Origin: Stylophora pistillata
Lineage: Eukaryota
DNA length: 64,000 bases
Assembly: GCF_002571385.2 (NCBI RefSeq)
Contig: NW_019217907.1
Location: 87,805 to 151,804 of the forward strand
Direction of reading: 5' to 3'
The notes below the pieces were generated by a model. The model was not told where the DNA came from. It ran no database searches and worked only from the letters and a program-made list of their open reading frames with translations. Positions within the stretch are counted from its first letter, which is position 1. The number at the start of each line of letters is the position of its first letter. A program made the position numbers and the translations under genes. Shown here one piece after another: positions 32,801 through 46,400 of the stretch.

Positions 32801-35800
32801 TTCTGAAAGCGAAAATTTTTTAATGCTTCAACGGCGACAAATTCGCTTGTTTTTACGATTGGAATTAAACGTCGCCATCTTTATCAAACATCCCAAGTAC
32901 TTAGACGAGTAAAAGCAGATGTGAAAAGGAAATCTTAGCCTGTCCAGGCAATCAGCAACACAATAATAGTTAGCGTTTGCAACCTTTTCCTCTAAATCAT
33001 GACAGAACTAGCTGAAATAACGTTAAACCTGTTGCCTTTGGCGATCTAATCTATTATTCTCCCATAAACCAGCCATACATTTTCTTTTCAACCTTTTGGA
33101 AGAATTTGTGATGCTGTGTCAGGTGACTGTCACTGTGGCTGATGATGAGCTCGTCTGTGCTCTCTTCTCGTCACGTGATTGCTTCAGAAAATGTCGAAAT
33201 TCAAGGAAAAGTTTATAATTTCCTCGAGTTAAACAGTCAAAACTGAATTTCTGAGTTCGTAGTTAAACTAGACAAAGGCAAAAGATTTGTCGGGCGCGCT
33301 TTGGACAACTAAGAATACGATTCTACAATAAATTACTTTTCCTCCATTTCTTCGATTTAAAGCAAGAAAGTCAGTGGATCATGAGCAAGTTGACTTTAAA
33401 AAAAAATAAAATGAAAAAAATAAAAAACGAGCTTTCAACCAGTTCACAGTGATCTCATTTTTACAGCCTACTTGAACCAAATCAAGAATCATAGTGTAAT
33501 TTTCATTTGAGTCTCTAAAGTGTACCTGGACTGTTTTGGTTGTCAGTGCTTTCAGTATGCATGCTCCCAGCTGACCGCTGACTCGGAAAACTCGCGGCAC
33601 TCTACTAGGCAAACAAGTTCAAGCTTCTACTTAATTTTAATTTGAAACCAATCGCAACTTGGTCCACCGGCTCTTGTTTTTAAGCTCTTCAGGCAGTTAA
33701 CTTGTTTTCACTTTGAATTCTCACGATCTCCTTGTGCGGACATTTTTCTTTGTTCTGATCGGCTGTTGTAATAAATTTGGTTTTGGTTTGACGACGCTAA
33801 TCGAAAAGCCCTCAACCTAGGAATTTTCCGATACTCTGTCTAACAAATGTCAGACGGAGACACTGCTGATATCATCTTTGTTTTCGGAGAGAAAGTATCA
33901 GTTCTTTACTGACTAGCGGACAGGGGAAGAGTAGAACCATTGTTTCAAATTTGGTTTTGATTTTAAAAATAAGTACAGAGCTAAACCCAGTGACTTCGTC
34001 AGATCATGGATATTCATTTGCCATAAGCCTGGGAAAAAGTCAGTGAAAATATTTCTAACATCAGACTTCCTGATTTTCGTGTTCGTAAGATCTTCCACTC
34101 CGGCCACAAACAGCTCGCTATTTAGCTACGGTATATGCCAGCTTTATATAACACAGCATCTTCAACACAGCCTGGATCGGAAATGTCAAAAGCCCCCCGT
34201 GCATAAATAGACTTAGACAGATGCTCTCGAACAGAGTTAAGAAAAAGAGGAACGAAAAAAAAAGCCCCAAGAGGGCTGGGACGACGCTCTTGCATAAAAG
34301 TTCGATCACTTCGCTCTTTTTTTTACTGGTTACGTTTCACGACTTTTATCAGGCTCGTGGCTTTGTATCTTCAGCACGATTAAAGTGTTTTATGTGCCGA
34401 TGCGAAACTACTCTAACTGCATTAAATTTGTATCAGTTTTCACTCAAACTTCATTATTGTCCATCCTGTTGATTGCAGTTTCGACATTTAAAGGCTGTAC
34501 CGAGATTCTCATTATTTCACCCAGACAACTTATCAACATCAATATAAAATAGAATAAATTTTACTATGAATCTAATTTACCATCGAAAAGGTTTTTTTTA
34601 AGACTTGTTTGGAATGATCGGTAATCACTGTAATTAATGGCGCCTATACTAACTTGCGCAGTAAGACTCGGTCCTCCAAAAAGTGTATGGACCAAAGAAC
34701 AACTCACACAGCAAAATACTACTTACCACTAACATGTATTGTTTCACGAGTCCAATCACTTAGAGTCGGCCTTAAAAACGAGTTTTTTTTTTTTAAAAAT
34801 TTGCTTAACTTAACAAGTTCAGAATGAGAGCTTGCAAACCTCTCTAAGCAATTTAATGAATAATAATGAAACCGTCAGTTCCCAAATTAGATAATTACAA
34901 CTAAATTCTCGTTGAAACGTAGCTGTAGATGTAAATTTTGATCATTATATTCTTGAGTCCCTTCTAGTAAACTCGGTTCTTTACCTCTAGCAAATTCTAA
35001 GATGTTTTTCGCATGGATTTCGAACTCTAGTATAAAGTTTTTTTTTTCATTCCCGTCCACACTCTACGTGCTTCTGAGTGAGAAATTCTGGCTTTGAGAA
35101 AAAAGTGTTTGCCCTCGTCTTAAGTAGACACGCAGAGCGTGTTGACAGAGCTTGGTTTAGATTATAGCTGATAATCAGGGCAAGAAGGCTCATCATCGTG
35201 GCTTTCCTTCTCCCGATAGACGTAACACTTAACCTCAAAGTTTTGCAAATTGGGAAGTGACGATCGAGGGAAAATTTTTTGACGTTCTACGTCTATACCT
35301 TAACATCAGTATTCCATATTCTCCATACTGTTCTCTATACATTTCCTTTGGTACTGACGGGTAGAATTTGTTTAAGAATGAAAGAGTCATTCCCTTCATT
35401 TTCCTGATTTGAGTTAATGATCCAGCACTGTTATTGTGGGGATAAATTAGAAGCTGGTCACTGTTAGTGCTTAAAGGTTAAATCGAGCGACATCCTTCAG
35501 TTTTTCTTACTATACGTCAGCCAACCTGTGTTTTTCAGGCTTAGTGTCCTACATAGAACCTTTACTAGCCAGAATATCACTTTGACGTATTTGCGCTAAT
35601 CTCGATGACAGGTCATACTCCCGTGCAGTTTCCGGTTCGAAACGGAAGCAAACATCCCAGAAGTTGACAAGCGCAGAAAGCACGAAGCCCCAGAATCCTG
35701 AAACCTTGCTTAAACACATCTGCTTCTTGAAAAACCATAGGGAAATAAATCACAATTGCTACAATCCCCTGTGGTCCACATTCCTAAACGTATCTTGAGT

Positions 35801-38800
35801 ATTTTCGGAAGGGGCTCAGGAAGCTTTTTGTCTCATCTTCGACTTAGAATATAATCCACAAGAGAATACCTCGAAATCATTAAAAGTCAATTGTGTGAGT
35901 CGTGAAGAATATTTCGCATTACATACAAATGCTTTTTTATCTCGTTATTTCGAGCTTGATGGCTTTGTATCAGAGTTTATCCCAAGTTCAAGAAGGCTAC
36001 GTGAGGAAGTTACTTCTTGAGTTGTTTTTTTTCCTTTTCTAAGTCGATGAAAAATTCCATTTATTGCATGGAAACAAAGGAATAATTATTGGATTGCTAG
36101 GGTAGACCGACCCCGAAAGGGCTAGGACAAGACCAACAGATGACGAAGAATTAAAAGATTTTGAAGGATCTAGGTGCATTAAATGTGTCATGGGTACCTT
36201 AATGAACAAATAAACTGAAAGATACGCTATTTAAAGTACCTTCCCCGATTTCCGCGATGACCGGCACGCACTGAGTTGGAAGCTGTATCATAACATTTTA
36301 CCCATTACAATAATGAGTAAATTAAATAAGTGTTTTGCGCAGATATGCGGCAAAGTGTAACAACTCTTTAAGAAAGAGCGTGATGACGAGGTACTAAAAG
36401 AATATGCGATCCGTGCTGTGATTTGCACAGTCATAAAGCTTCAGTACACTTGGTATGCACGGTTCACCTATGTCCGGCACTCCTTACTTGCTTTGATGAA
36501 TTCGTTCATTCTCCACTGTTCAAGGTGAAATATTGCAGTCGCAATGACTACACTACAGCTTGCAGCGTTTTCTAATAAAATGTTTCTCGGTCGAATGTTA
36601 GGCGATAATAGAATCTAAGCGTAATTTCAATTATGCTCACAAAAACGTCTCCTGAGAGCATTAAACAACGCGGTCGACCTGCTTGCATTTTAACACGATT
36701 AAGAAATTTCGTTGTGTTAGTTTCTTAAATTTTTCAGTGCGGGCGGCGCTGATGTGGGCCTTTCAAGCTTTTATAAAATGTTGATCAGTATATAGGACAA
36801 GTAATGTGATTCTCTGCCACCTGGCAACTGAATCAAGAAAGCAAAAACCAATCGACAAACAATTAGGCCATAGTTTTCACTTCAAAAATTGCAACCTGAG
36901 ATGCCAAAAAGCAAACCAACCTCCATATTTCCTCGAAGGTGCCCCCATAGCTTGTGGTAAATTTCTTTCATTTTTTAATAATATCTTTAAATACACCGAT
37001 TGGAGTTTGGTCACTATTCAACATTCCAACATTATATATTCTTTTCACGTTCTTCTTGCTATTTACGGGTCGCTTATGTACAGTTTAGCTCCATAAATAA
37101 AAGGGATGAATAAAAGAGACCCCTTTTAGATGAATCTACTTGAATTGGTAATTAAGAAGCTTAAGAGGGTAACATTTCTTTACTGCTCCGCTTAGTCTAC
37201 ATTTTGACTCCTTAGTTTATACAGCTTTCAAGTGGAATCGCTTCCCATAAATCCGTCATCGAAATATGTTGAAATGAAACACGCCTGAGACCAAATAACT
37301 GCTCATTGAAGTCTCAGCCGGCGATCCAGATCAACTTACAAAACTGAGGCGCAAAACAAAAGGGCACGGAAACTTGCTTGGTTCGTGGAAACGTGAACTA
37401 CGTTTGGGTCACAATCGAATTTTCCCGCTAGAGAAAGAGTAAAAATAGTTTACCCAAGTCTTGAATGAATTGAACAGGTATTTACTCTCTTGAATTCAAG
37501 GGACCTGTTTTCAAAATACGTTTTAAAGATTACGTACTTCTCAGCTCTGATCATTTGCTTAAGAATTGTTTGAGTTACCTGAGTTGAAGACTTCCACAGT
37601 GCGTAAAGATTCCAATTTTACGTTTTCTACGAAATTCTTCGAAGCAATCTTTTCAAAATGCTCTCACAGTAGTCTTCTGTTTTTCCCCAAAATGTGAAAC
37701 AGCTTTCACTTTTTGGAGATTCTTTACGAGAAATATTTTTATTTTCCCATCCGTAAGATCAAGTACCCTCGCTAATTCCAAGAAAATCCGCAGTATCTTT
37801 CAGTTTTCAATCACCCCACATTCCGGCTACTAAGGACATCCGTTTATTCTGCGAATTTGGTGAAAAGACAAATTTTTCTAGCATGTTTCTGAATTCAAAT
37901 GAAGATAAACGAGTGCGATCTTTTGTTTTTGACTGGATACAAATAATAGTATAAAAAACTTTATCCCAAGCGTGGTGTCCCTGTTGAAAGATGACTTGAC
38001 TGGTCGCGGAAAATCAACGTCGTACGTGCTGGGCTAACCGGAAATAGCAGCTGAAAAGCTTTCCGATTGAGTTTCCGGTGTAAAACCAAAGTAACTACAA
38101 CGGCCAACCACAACAAAGATTCATTCTCTAATAGCCAATAAGAACTCAACTGTAAATACGTAAATACTTGTTAACGGCATCTGATTGGCTGATGGTATGG
38201 TAAAAGTTTCCCGGCTTATCACTTACGACACAAAATGAGTCCAGTCCATGTGACTGATTTTTGCAAATAGAATAAAACGACTTAAATGTGCCAACAGCTT
38301 GTTCAATGTGATTGTACCTGCTCTTAACAAAGATTTCTAACTCTAATGATGACCACACACCTGAATAAAATCTAACTATGCATACACACCACTCACCGAC
38401 CATGGAAAATCTGCCCAGGATTGTTACTTTATTATCTATGCTTACGGAGACCGGAAAATCTGGGCGCAAAATTATCACAGAAGTGATTACTGATGAGGAG
38501 GAGAAATTTAGCCGATGAAGTAGTCTTTGAATCCCGCACTCTCTGGGGCGACCAAGAAGTAATTCCTTCTCATTATCTAAAAATTAATATACTTTCAAAG
38601 CAGAACAGTAGTGGACATGGAAAAAAAGTCCACTGACGAGTGTTGTTCAGAATTCCAAACGCTTGATTGTCAGGACTGATGGAGGTGGGCACGGGATCAA
38701 TCGTTTTTAATTTCCAGTGAAAATACAACATTAAAACCCCGTGAACCGTGAATTTTTTGCTTTTTCTGTTATTTCTATTTTTCGATATGCGTGAAATGTG

Positions 38801-38876
38801 CGCAGGATTTACCCCTCTCATAATAGGACGTATTGTACACAGTTAGGTATACGATCTGATTCCTTCAAAATTAATA

Positions 38877-39242
38877 GGAACCTTACGCAATCAGGACGGC
38901 AACGCTAAGGAAGACTTCGATTAAAAAATAAATTTCTACTCTTAGTTAGAATTTCAAAAATGGTTGCAGGAGCTTACTGTCTTATACGGCGCCACCGCTC
39001 AACTTCAGCATGACGTATAAAAGTAGCGTTGAGTTCCAAATGGAAATTAAAATAATTTGGCGTCGCGGTTTCGGTTCGCAGACGACGCAAATTTTGGCGA
39101 TTTCACGTTGTTGTTTTGCATTGGACGGCTAAGAAATGTACAAAGTTTTAAAACGCACGTGCTGAGCTATTGTTCTGCCAATTAGATCTCTTGTTTTTCC
39201 ACGTCCTCGTTGCCGTCGCCGTCGTGGTTGCGTTAGGTCCCT
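38877..39242. mobile_element. MITE-like dispersed repeat
   Basis: Imperfect TIRs AGGAACCTTACGCAATCAGGACGGC / GCCGTCGTGGTTGCGTTAGGTCCCT. Confidence 0.55.
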
Positions 39243-39640
39243 CATATTGTCCTGGCGTGGTTCTGGGAAAGCTCGTTTCTAACAAGAGCGCACAAAGAGT
39301 ATTTCGCCTTATTTGGAGAAAGTTAACAGCAATTCATACTTGTAAATCAGAAGAATGTTTCCTATTTCTTCTTGCAATAATTAGTTCACAAGCAATCATG
39401 ATACACCGCCGACGACAACGACAAAAAAAAAACAAAACAAACAAACAAACAAACAAAACAAACTTGGATTAGTAACATTTATTCATTCCTTTGCAGCACG
39501 TCCAGCGACAATGAGGCTGTTGACTCCTAAACCGATTAATTTTAAAGCCTTTCGATGGTAAAAGCATTTTTCATCTTCCCTACATACAAACAATATCTCT
39601 TAGGCCTCGAGAAAGTGAGAGCAGTTCGCTAGCAGGATTT

Positions 39641-39863
39641 TCGCCTGCAGAGCAGGCGTACTAGTAGAGTTTGGGCAAAAATTAGACCGCGCGAAATATG
39701 GAGCGAGGCGAAAAATTAGGAGGTGGGGGGGAGGGCGAGAGGAGAGAGGGGAACTCTTCTCTCCTCCCGCCCTTCCCCCACCTCCAAATTTTTCGCCTCG
39801 CTCCATTTTTCGCGCGGTCTAATTTTCGCCCAAACTCCACTAGAATGCCTGCTCCGCAGGCTA
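39641..39863. mobile_element. Fold-back MITE with 9-bp TSD (Academ-like termini)
   Basis: Almost the whole element is an imperfect palindrome; termini TCGCCTGC...GCAGGCTA; TSD GCAGGATTT at 39632-39640 and 39864-39872. Confidence 0.75.
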
Positions 39864-40253
39864 GCAGGATTTCCTTCATAGTATGGATAGCTTAATTTCC
39901 GCCACTGACTTTCTCTTATCATTTTTTTGTATTTATCTCGACGCTACCGTTCTGAATATATCAAAATTTATATTTGGCACANTTTTTTTAGCCAAACGTA
40001 CCTTACAAAGAAATCATACAGATTGCATACCTGCATTTAAGAACTTTTCATTAAAAACTTCATCAAGATTTATTTGAATCGTTAATTAAGGTTTGTCTCC
40101 TACACCAAACAGACCAAAAAATAAGGCGAGAGCGAGAGACCACCTGCTGAAACATTCCTCCTACATTAAGTAACCCAGTTCATACCCTCTTAGGGCTGAT
40201 TACCACTAACAGTCGACTGATTTGCCTAAGTATGAACAAACAACCTCCACGTT

Positions 40254-43200
40254 TTAGTCGTTTCCGGCGTGTAGTCGGCACCGACGAAGAGTCTGGTCGG
40301 CGAGTTCTCGGACCCTCTGAGAAGTCCTGGGGCTGCAGTGTAGATCTTGCAATAACTCGACACCACCTTCGTCGGTGACCAGTTTGCAATATTTCTCAGC
40401 TGAAATAGGATCAAATGATAGGGCTTAAACAAATACAAGACAAGGTAAAAAAAAGCGAAAACATTGAATCCCATATCAAGGCGTTTTTCGTAGACTTCTC
40501 TTTATTACTCTTTGTTTTAGCCTGATCAACTTGTAGTAAACTACACAGGGAATCAAAGTATGAAGATTGTCCTACAGAAGAGAGTGCACAGTTGTTTCGA
40601 CGATCTGGCCCCGGTTGTTCAAAGGATGGATAACGCAATACACTGGATAAATCTCTGTCCGGTGGATAGTGCAGTACGTTTTGGTAACACTTATCCGCTG
40701 GATAGCGATTTATCCGTTGGATAGCGTTATCCGCTCTTTGAACAACCAGAGCCTTTAGAGTGAAACAACACTTCTAACTTACGTTCAACATTGCAGAGGT
40801 TAGCCAGTGCCCAGGTAGCCCAGTAATGTATCTCTGGTGTATCACAGCCTGATATCAGCTTTAATATTGGAGCAAAGGAGCTGAAGAATGAAAGGGAAAA
40901 AAAGAGTGAACACAAATAACGATATAACAGAAACAATTTATGATTATTTAAAAAAAATGGCTCACTTTTACGAACTAAAGTGGACCATTTGTGGGAAAAA
41001 AAAGTCAAGATCCGATCGAGTATTTCTAGCGAGCGCCCCAATAAATCTTTTATGGGATAGTGTAGCTAAATCGTCCAGATAAGAGTAGAACTGAAAAAGA
41101 CTGTTGTCCTGCCGTCTAGACAGTGATAGACGCTTTGACACTGTGACCTGAACTGAGAGCATCATCAATGTTAAATAAGAAATTGTTTGTCTGTCGAATG
41201 CTGTAAGTCTGTTTTTTGAACAGAGCGATTTTATGTCACTAACGGATTGAGACTGACCAACACCACTGCAGCATTCCAGCCAATAGCATCATAGCAAAGC
41301 CGAACAGTCAGTTTTCACGGACCAGACTTTTAACACTTGACTGACAAACAACTCTTCATCTGACTTTCATGACCACGCATGCCCGGACGGTCACACTACA
41401 CGATCGAGTACTTTGATTGGGTAGCCTGAAGATCAGGCGTCATTTTTGCGTTTTTCTGACGTGCATCAGTAACGCATAAGTGAAGCACGCGAAAAAGAAA
41501 ACGTCGTTATTTGTTTTTTTCTCGCCCTTTTTCTAGTGTGCAAATCGTCCTTTGCACTCGCCTTGCACTCCGCTCGCCAGATAAGTTAAAAAAATTGTCG
41601 TCTGTCGCGCAGACTAATTCATGGATTAATCATCTTACCGATAGCTCATTTGTCGTGCTGTTTCAATGTCCCATTTATCCACTGTCTCCGCCTGAAGTTA
41701 GAGAAATGATAGTAAAGTAAGCGGTTAGTAATGTGTCAAACAACTCCAGAAAACACAAAGTGGGCTTCAACATTAACCTACCAATCTTTGCAGCGCTTGT
41801 GTACGAGAGACGGTGTGACTTGTCCAGTTGTTTACTCCATCAAAAGCCAGGTGACTAACTATCCCTCCTGCATTGTATGTCACCTCCAGTTCACCCTCAG
41901 TGAGCAACAATTCGCTAAGAGGAACAAGTTAATTGAAAAAATTAAAGAGCTTCTCTGTGAGTGTACGGCTCGTGCACAAGAAGATCAAGCTAAGAGAATG
42001 ATTGCTGTCAAGGGTCTTAATCTTAAGTTATCACCCGTCAAGTGTATTTTAAGAATGCTTTTCTATTGATTTGCGTAAAACCAAAATCATAATAATCACA
42101 AAGGTCGATTAGAGCAAAAGAAAATATATCAGAAAATATATCAAGGAACTAAAGTGGACTCAGTAAAAACGAATCATCTGCCCATGGCGCAGGAATTTGC
42201 CGATGACCAAGTGGAAACTTGCGCGAATCTTTTGGATCTATCACATAACGGAGGGGAGAAAACCCAAAATAATCCCAGATTACTGTCGGTAATAGTTAAT
42301 CATTCAAATGTTTCTTCAGTCCGCTGACAATTCACTTTTATTTCAATCAGATTTGCAGAATTCTCTGGATTAAGTTGACGCTTTCTATTCTTTAACTCTG
42401 AGGAAATTTAGCGACAAGCTAAACTTACTAGAAAACATGAACAAATGGCATCAGTTTTGGTCGTAGTCCAGCCACTTCTGCCACATTACCCTGACAACGA
42501 CAAAAAGGAAAAGATCACAGAAAGAAAGAGGTTTCAAATGCGTACGGGATTAAAAGTGGTCCCACCAGTTTTCTTTACACCCAGAATGCAGTCGTCATAA
42601 AAGTTCTAAAGGTTACAGTGGATAGAATTGCCCCAAAGAACCACTAGTACCACGATTTCAAAGACAGGTACAACGCCTCTACAACATCTACGAGACGCAA
42701 AAAAGTCTGACAGTATTCCCAATTTTCCAGCTTTTGTTAACTTCCTTTTAAGTAACATAGGACAGTTTGGTGCTGGATTAGAATACGCCCTCTAGCTGAT
42801 TCGTTTGTCTCTCAGTCTTGCTCGCCTATTCGATGGATAATGTGTTGGCACTGTCACGAAAAGTTGCATGCCAATCACGTCTTAGAGCCCAGTGGAAAGG
42901 GGGTGTCACTCACCATAAGTCCTAACATGTTCCGCACCAGATCTCGTCGATCGCTCATTCTCTGTCAAAAAAAGGAATAAAATGAGGAAAAATATCTCTT
43001 ACTGATGATGATGATTGCAACAATGATAACAATAATAAACATCATTATCATATAAGGGGCGAAATTACTGAATTGTGATTGGTCAAGACAAAAGGGCATT
43101 TTTTCTTAATTTTTGTAATTGCCCCGGGCAAAATTACTTGAAAATGATTGACTGAAAATCGCTTAGCAATGGCTGCCAAGGTAAAGAAATTTCTGTTTGT

Positions 43201-43292
43201 TTTGTAACAATTAATGGCGTCCCGTTTTGCGCGAGATCAGTAAGAAAACATTTTGCCCCTTATATTATAAACAAGTAATCACATGGTTCCTG

Positions 43293-43325
<33 letters not shown>

Positions 43326-43382
43326 GGAAGTTGCAGAAATTGCCCTCGTCGCTGCGCGACTCGGGCAATTTCAGCAACTTCC

Positions 43383-43418
<36 letters not shown>

Positions 43419-46400
43419 GCCCCATGCGATTACCTATATAAATTATCAAAATACAAGAACTAAAGAAGATCACGGTTTGGAAGAACTTTCAGAGAAGAGA
43501 GAAACAGAACTTTTCCCCTGTGCACTTCCACCCACCTGCACACACCGCCAAGAACATCGTTTCATTGCATATCACTTAGGATCCAATGACAGGGGATCCT
43601 CGTGCTATTTTCTCTAATCTTACATGTAAAAGAATTTTAAGATACGAAAACCTACCTCATGACATTTCCTGAATAGCTCTAGTCCTCCGTGAACTATAAA
43701 CAGTGCGCAGTTTTCAGGCGTTTCATCTAAGTGAGGTACAACAGAACTTCAATTGAATATTTTTTTTATCTAACCACTACTACGTCAATATCGAAGGATA
43801 GTCATATTTCCTACTCAACGCTTGCCTCTATGATGGCTACATCACCTCTCATCAGAGTAGGTAGATACCAATGCGACTTGTAGTGGGGCTGTAACTGGGA
43901 ATTATGAGATTTTTGCTTAACCTGCTCTATTGGTTGTCTATCATGAAGGAACTAAAATTTTCAAAAAAAGAAGAGGGTCTGGAGAGGAGCACACTGAGTC
44001 TTCACAAACACTGCTTAATTCACTTTTTTTGTACCTGTCATGTTCCACAAAGCACTCCAACAGCCTTCCATGACGCCACCGAGCTCCTACACAAAAGTTA
44101 TTTAGTGTATCAGTCACATCAGTTGAAGCTGTATGCTCAAGAGCCAATCACTACGTAGAATTACATCCAGTCTGATAAACTCAATGAAAGAAGACCCTCC
44201 AGAGGTTACCCATTGTTTGCAATAGATATCAGTAAAGTGGAAATAAACAGGAACAAGAAATCGTTACCGGGTTGTTTCCCATCTTGTATCGTATAATTTG
44301 AAGAATTTTCTGCAAGGAAAACACACGCTTGTTTAATAAGAAAATTATTAATTGATCAGATGATACACGACTCCAAAAGACACCATTTTTCAGCTCTGCT
44401 CCTCTCGCTAAGAAGCTCTCTTAGTGATTGACCGTTGCATGATTATTTTGGTTTGGTTTCACAGTTAATAGTTAACAATAACTACAATCTATTGAAAAGC
44501 ACTCTAAAGGGGACACTGTAAAATACCATTTAGTTATACTCCAAAAAGGTAACACCAACGTTTGTTAAGGGAGGTCTTCATTATAAAGGAGTGGCACTGT
44601 ATCTTACAAATACAGATGGGATAAAAAAAAGCCTTAATATCACAGCATAGTCAGGCCATCTCCATTAAAGGTCCTTCAAAAAGCCTTCATATCACAGCAT
44701 AGTTAGGTCATCCTCCAATAAAAGTCCTTCAAAAAGCCTTAATATCACAGCATAGTCAGGTCATCCTCCAATAAAAGTCCTTCAAAAAGCCTTAATATCA
44801 TAGATTAGTCAGGCCATCTCCACTAAAGGTCCTTCAAAAAGCCTTAATATCACAGCATAGTCAGGCCATCTCCATTAAAGGTCCTTCAAAAAGCCTTCAT
44901 ATCACAGCATAGTCAGGCCATCTCCATTAAAGGTCCTTCAAAAAGCCTTAATATCACAGATTAGTCAGGTCATCCTGACTACTGCCTCCTGGTTAGCTCA
45001 ATGGATAGAGCGCTGGACTGTTGTGTGGGAGGTCGAGGGTTCGCGCCCCGGCCAGACCAACACTCAAGGTCTTAAAATAATTGAGAAGAATATGCTACTT
45101 TTCTATAACATCAAATAAATGGTTAGATATTCTANCAAAAAGTCTTAATATCACAGCATAGTCAGGTCATCCTCCAATAAAAGTCCTTCGAAAAGCCTTA
45201 ATATCACAGATTAGTCAGGCCATCTCCACTAAAGGTCCTTCAAAAAGTCTTAATATCACAGCATAGTCAGGTCATCCTCCAATAAAAGTCCTTCGAAAAG
45301 CCTTAATATCACAGATTAGTCAGGCCATCTCCACTAAAGGTCCTTCAAAAAGTCTTAATATCACAGCATAGTCAGGTCATCCTCCAATAAAAGTCCTTCG
45401 AAAAGCCTTAATATCACAGATTAGTCAGGCCATCTCCACTAAAGGTCCTTCAAAAAGTCTTAATATCACAGCATAGTCAGGTCATCCTCCAATAAAAGTC
45501 CTTCGAAAAGCCTTAATATCACAGATTAGTCAGGCCATCTCCACTAAAGGTCCTTCAAAAAGTCTTAATATCACAGCATAGTCAGGTCATCCTCCAATAA
45601 AAGTCCTTCGAAAAGCCTTAATATCACAGATTAGTCAGGCCATCTCCACTAAAGGTCCTTCAAAAAGTCTTAATATCACAGCATAGTCAGGTCATCCTCC
45701 AATAAAAGTCCTTCGAAAAGCCTTAATATCACAGATTACTCAGGCCATCTCCACTAAAGGTCCTTCAAAAAGTCTTAATATCACAGCATAGTCAGGTCAT
45801 CCTGACTACTGCCTCCTGGTTAGCTCAATGGATAGGGCGCTGGACTGTTGTGTGGGAGGTCGAGGGTTCGTGCCCCGGCCAGACCAACACTCAAGGTCTT
45901 AAAATAATTGAGAAGAATATGCTACTATTCTATAACATCAAAAAAATGGTTAGATATTCTAGTCTTCTTGGATAGGGATGAATAATTTCCCACACACGAG
46001 ATTACTGTGTGATGGGTGTCCTCCCCGGGGTGGGATGGGTGGGTAAAATAGGGGTTAGGTAATTGGCGCAAGCTGTCGCAGTGTCCCTGCCTGTCGGCAA
46101 AGTTAAATAAATTAAATTAAATCCTCCAATAAAGGTCCTTCAAAAAGCCTTAATATCACAGCATAGTCAGGTCATCCTCCAATAAAAGTCCTTCTGAACC
46201 CATAACTAACACAATATTTCGCTTTTAGATACGAGAAGTATCATGACGTTACCTCCACACCCTTCAAGTCTCTACCCACAACGATTTTGGGTGAATCTTG
46301 AATCTAAATAAATTGAGACATAAGAAAAAAAAAATTAATTACCATCTTCATGTAAGATATACCCTGTCATCAGATCAACAGGCCTGAGAGGCAGCCAGAT

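Noticed and set aside
29900-38800. Short ORFs between Roquin and ZER1 (and 8300-12300)
   Set aside because: No recognisable motifs or consistent exon chains; treated as non-coding.
41422-41615. Third TAG...CTA Academ-like MITE
   Set aside because: The termini are only weakly complementary and the flanks show no matching 9-bp TSD.
46343-46382. Exon-like block in a ZER1 intron
   Set aside because: In-frame TGA at its third codon; block 46303-46253 supplies the expected sequence.
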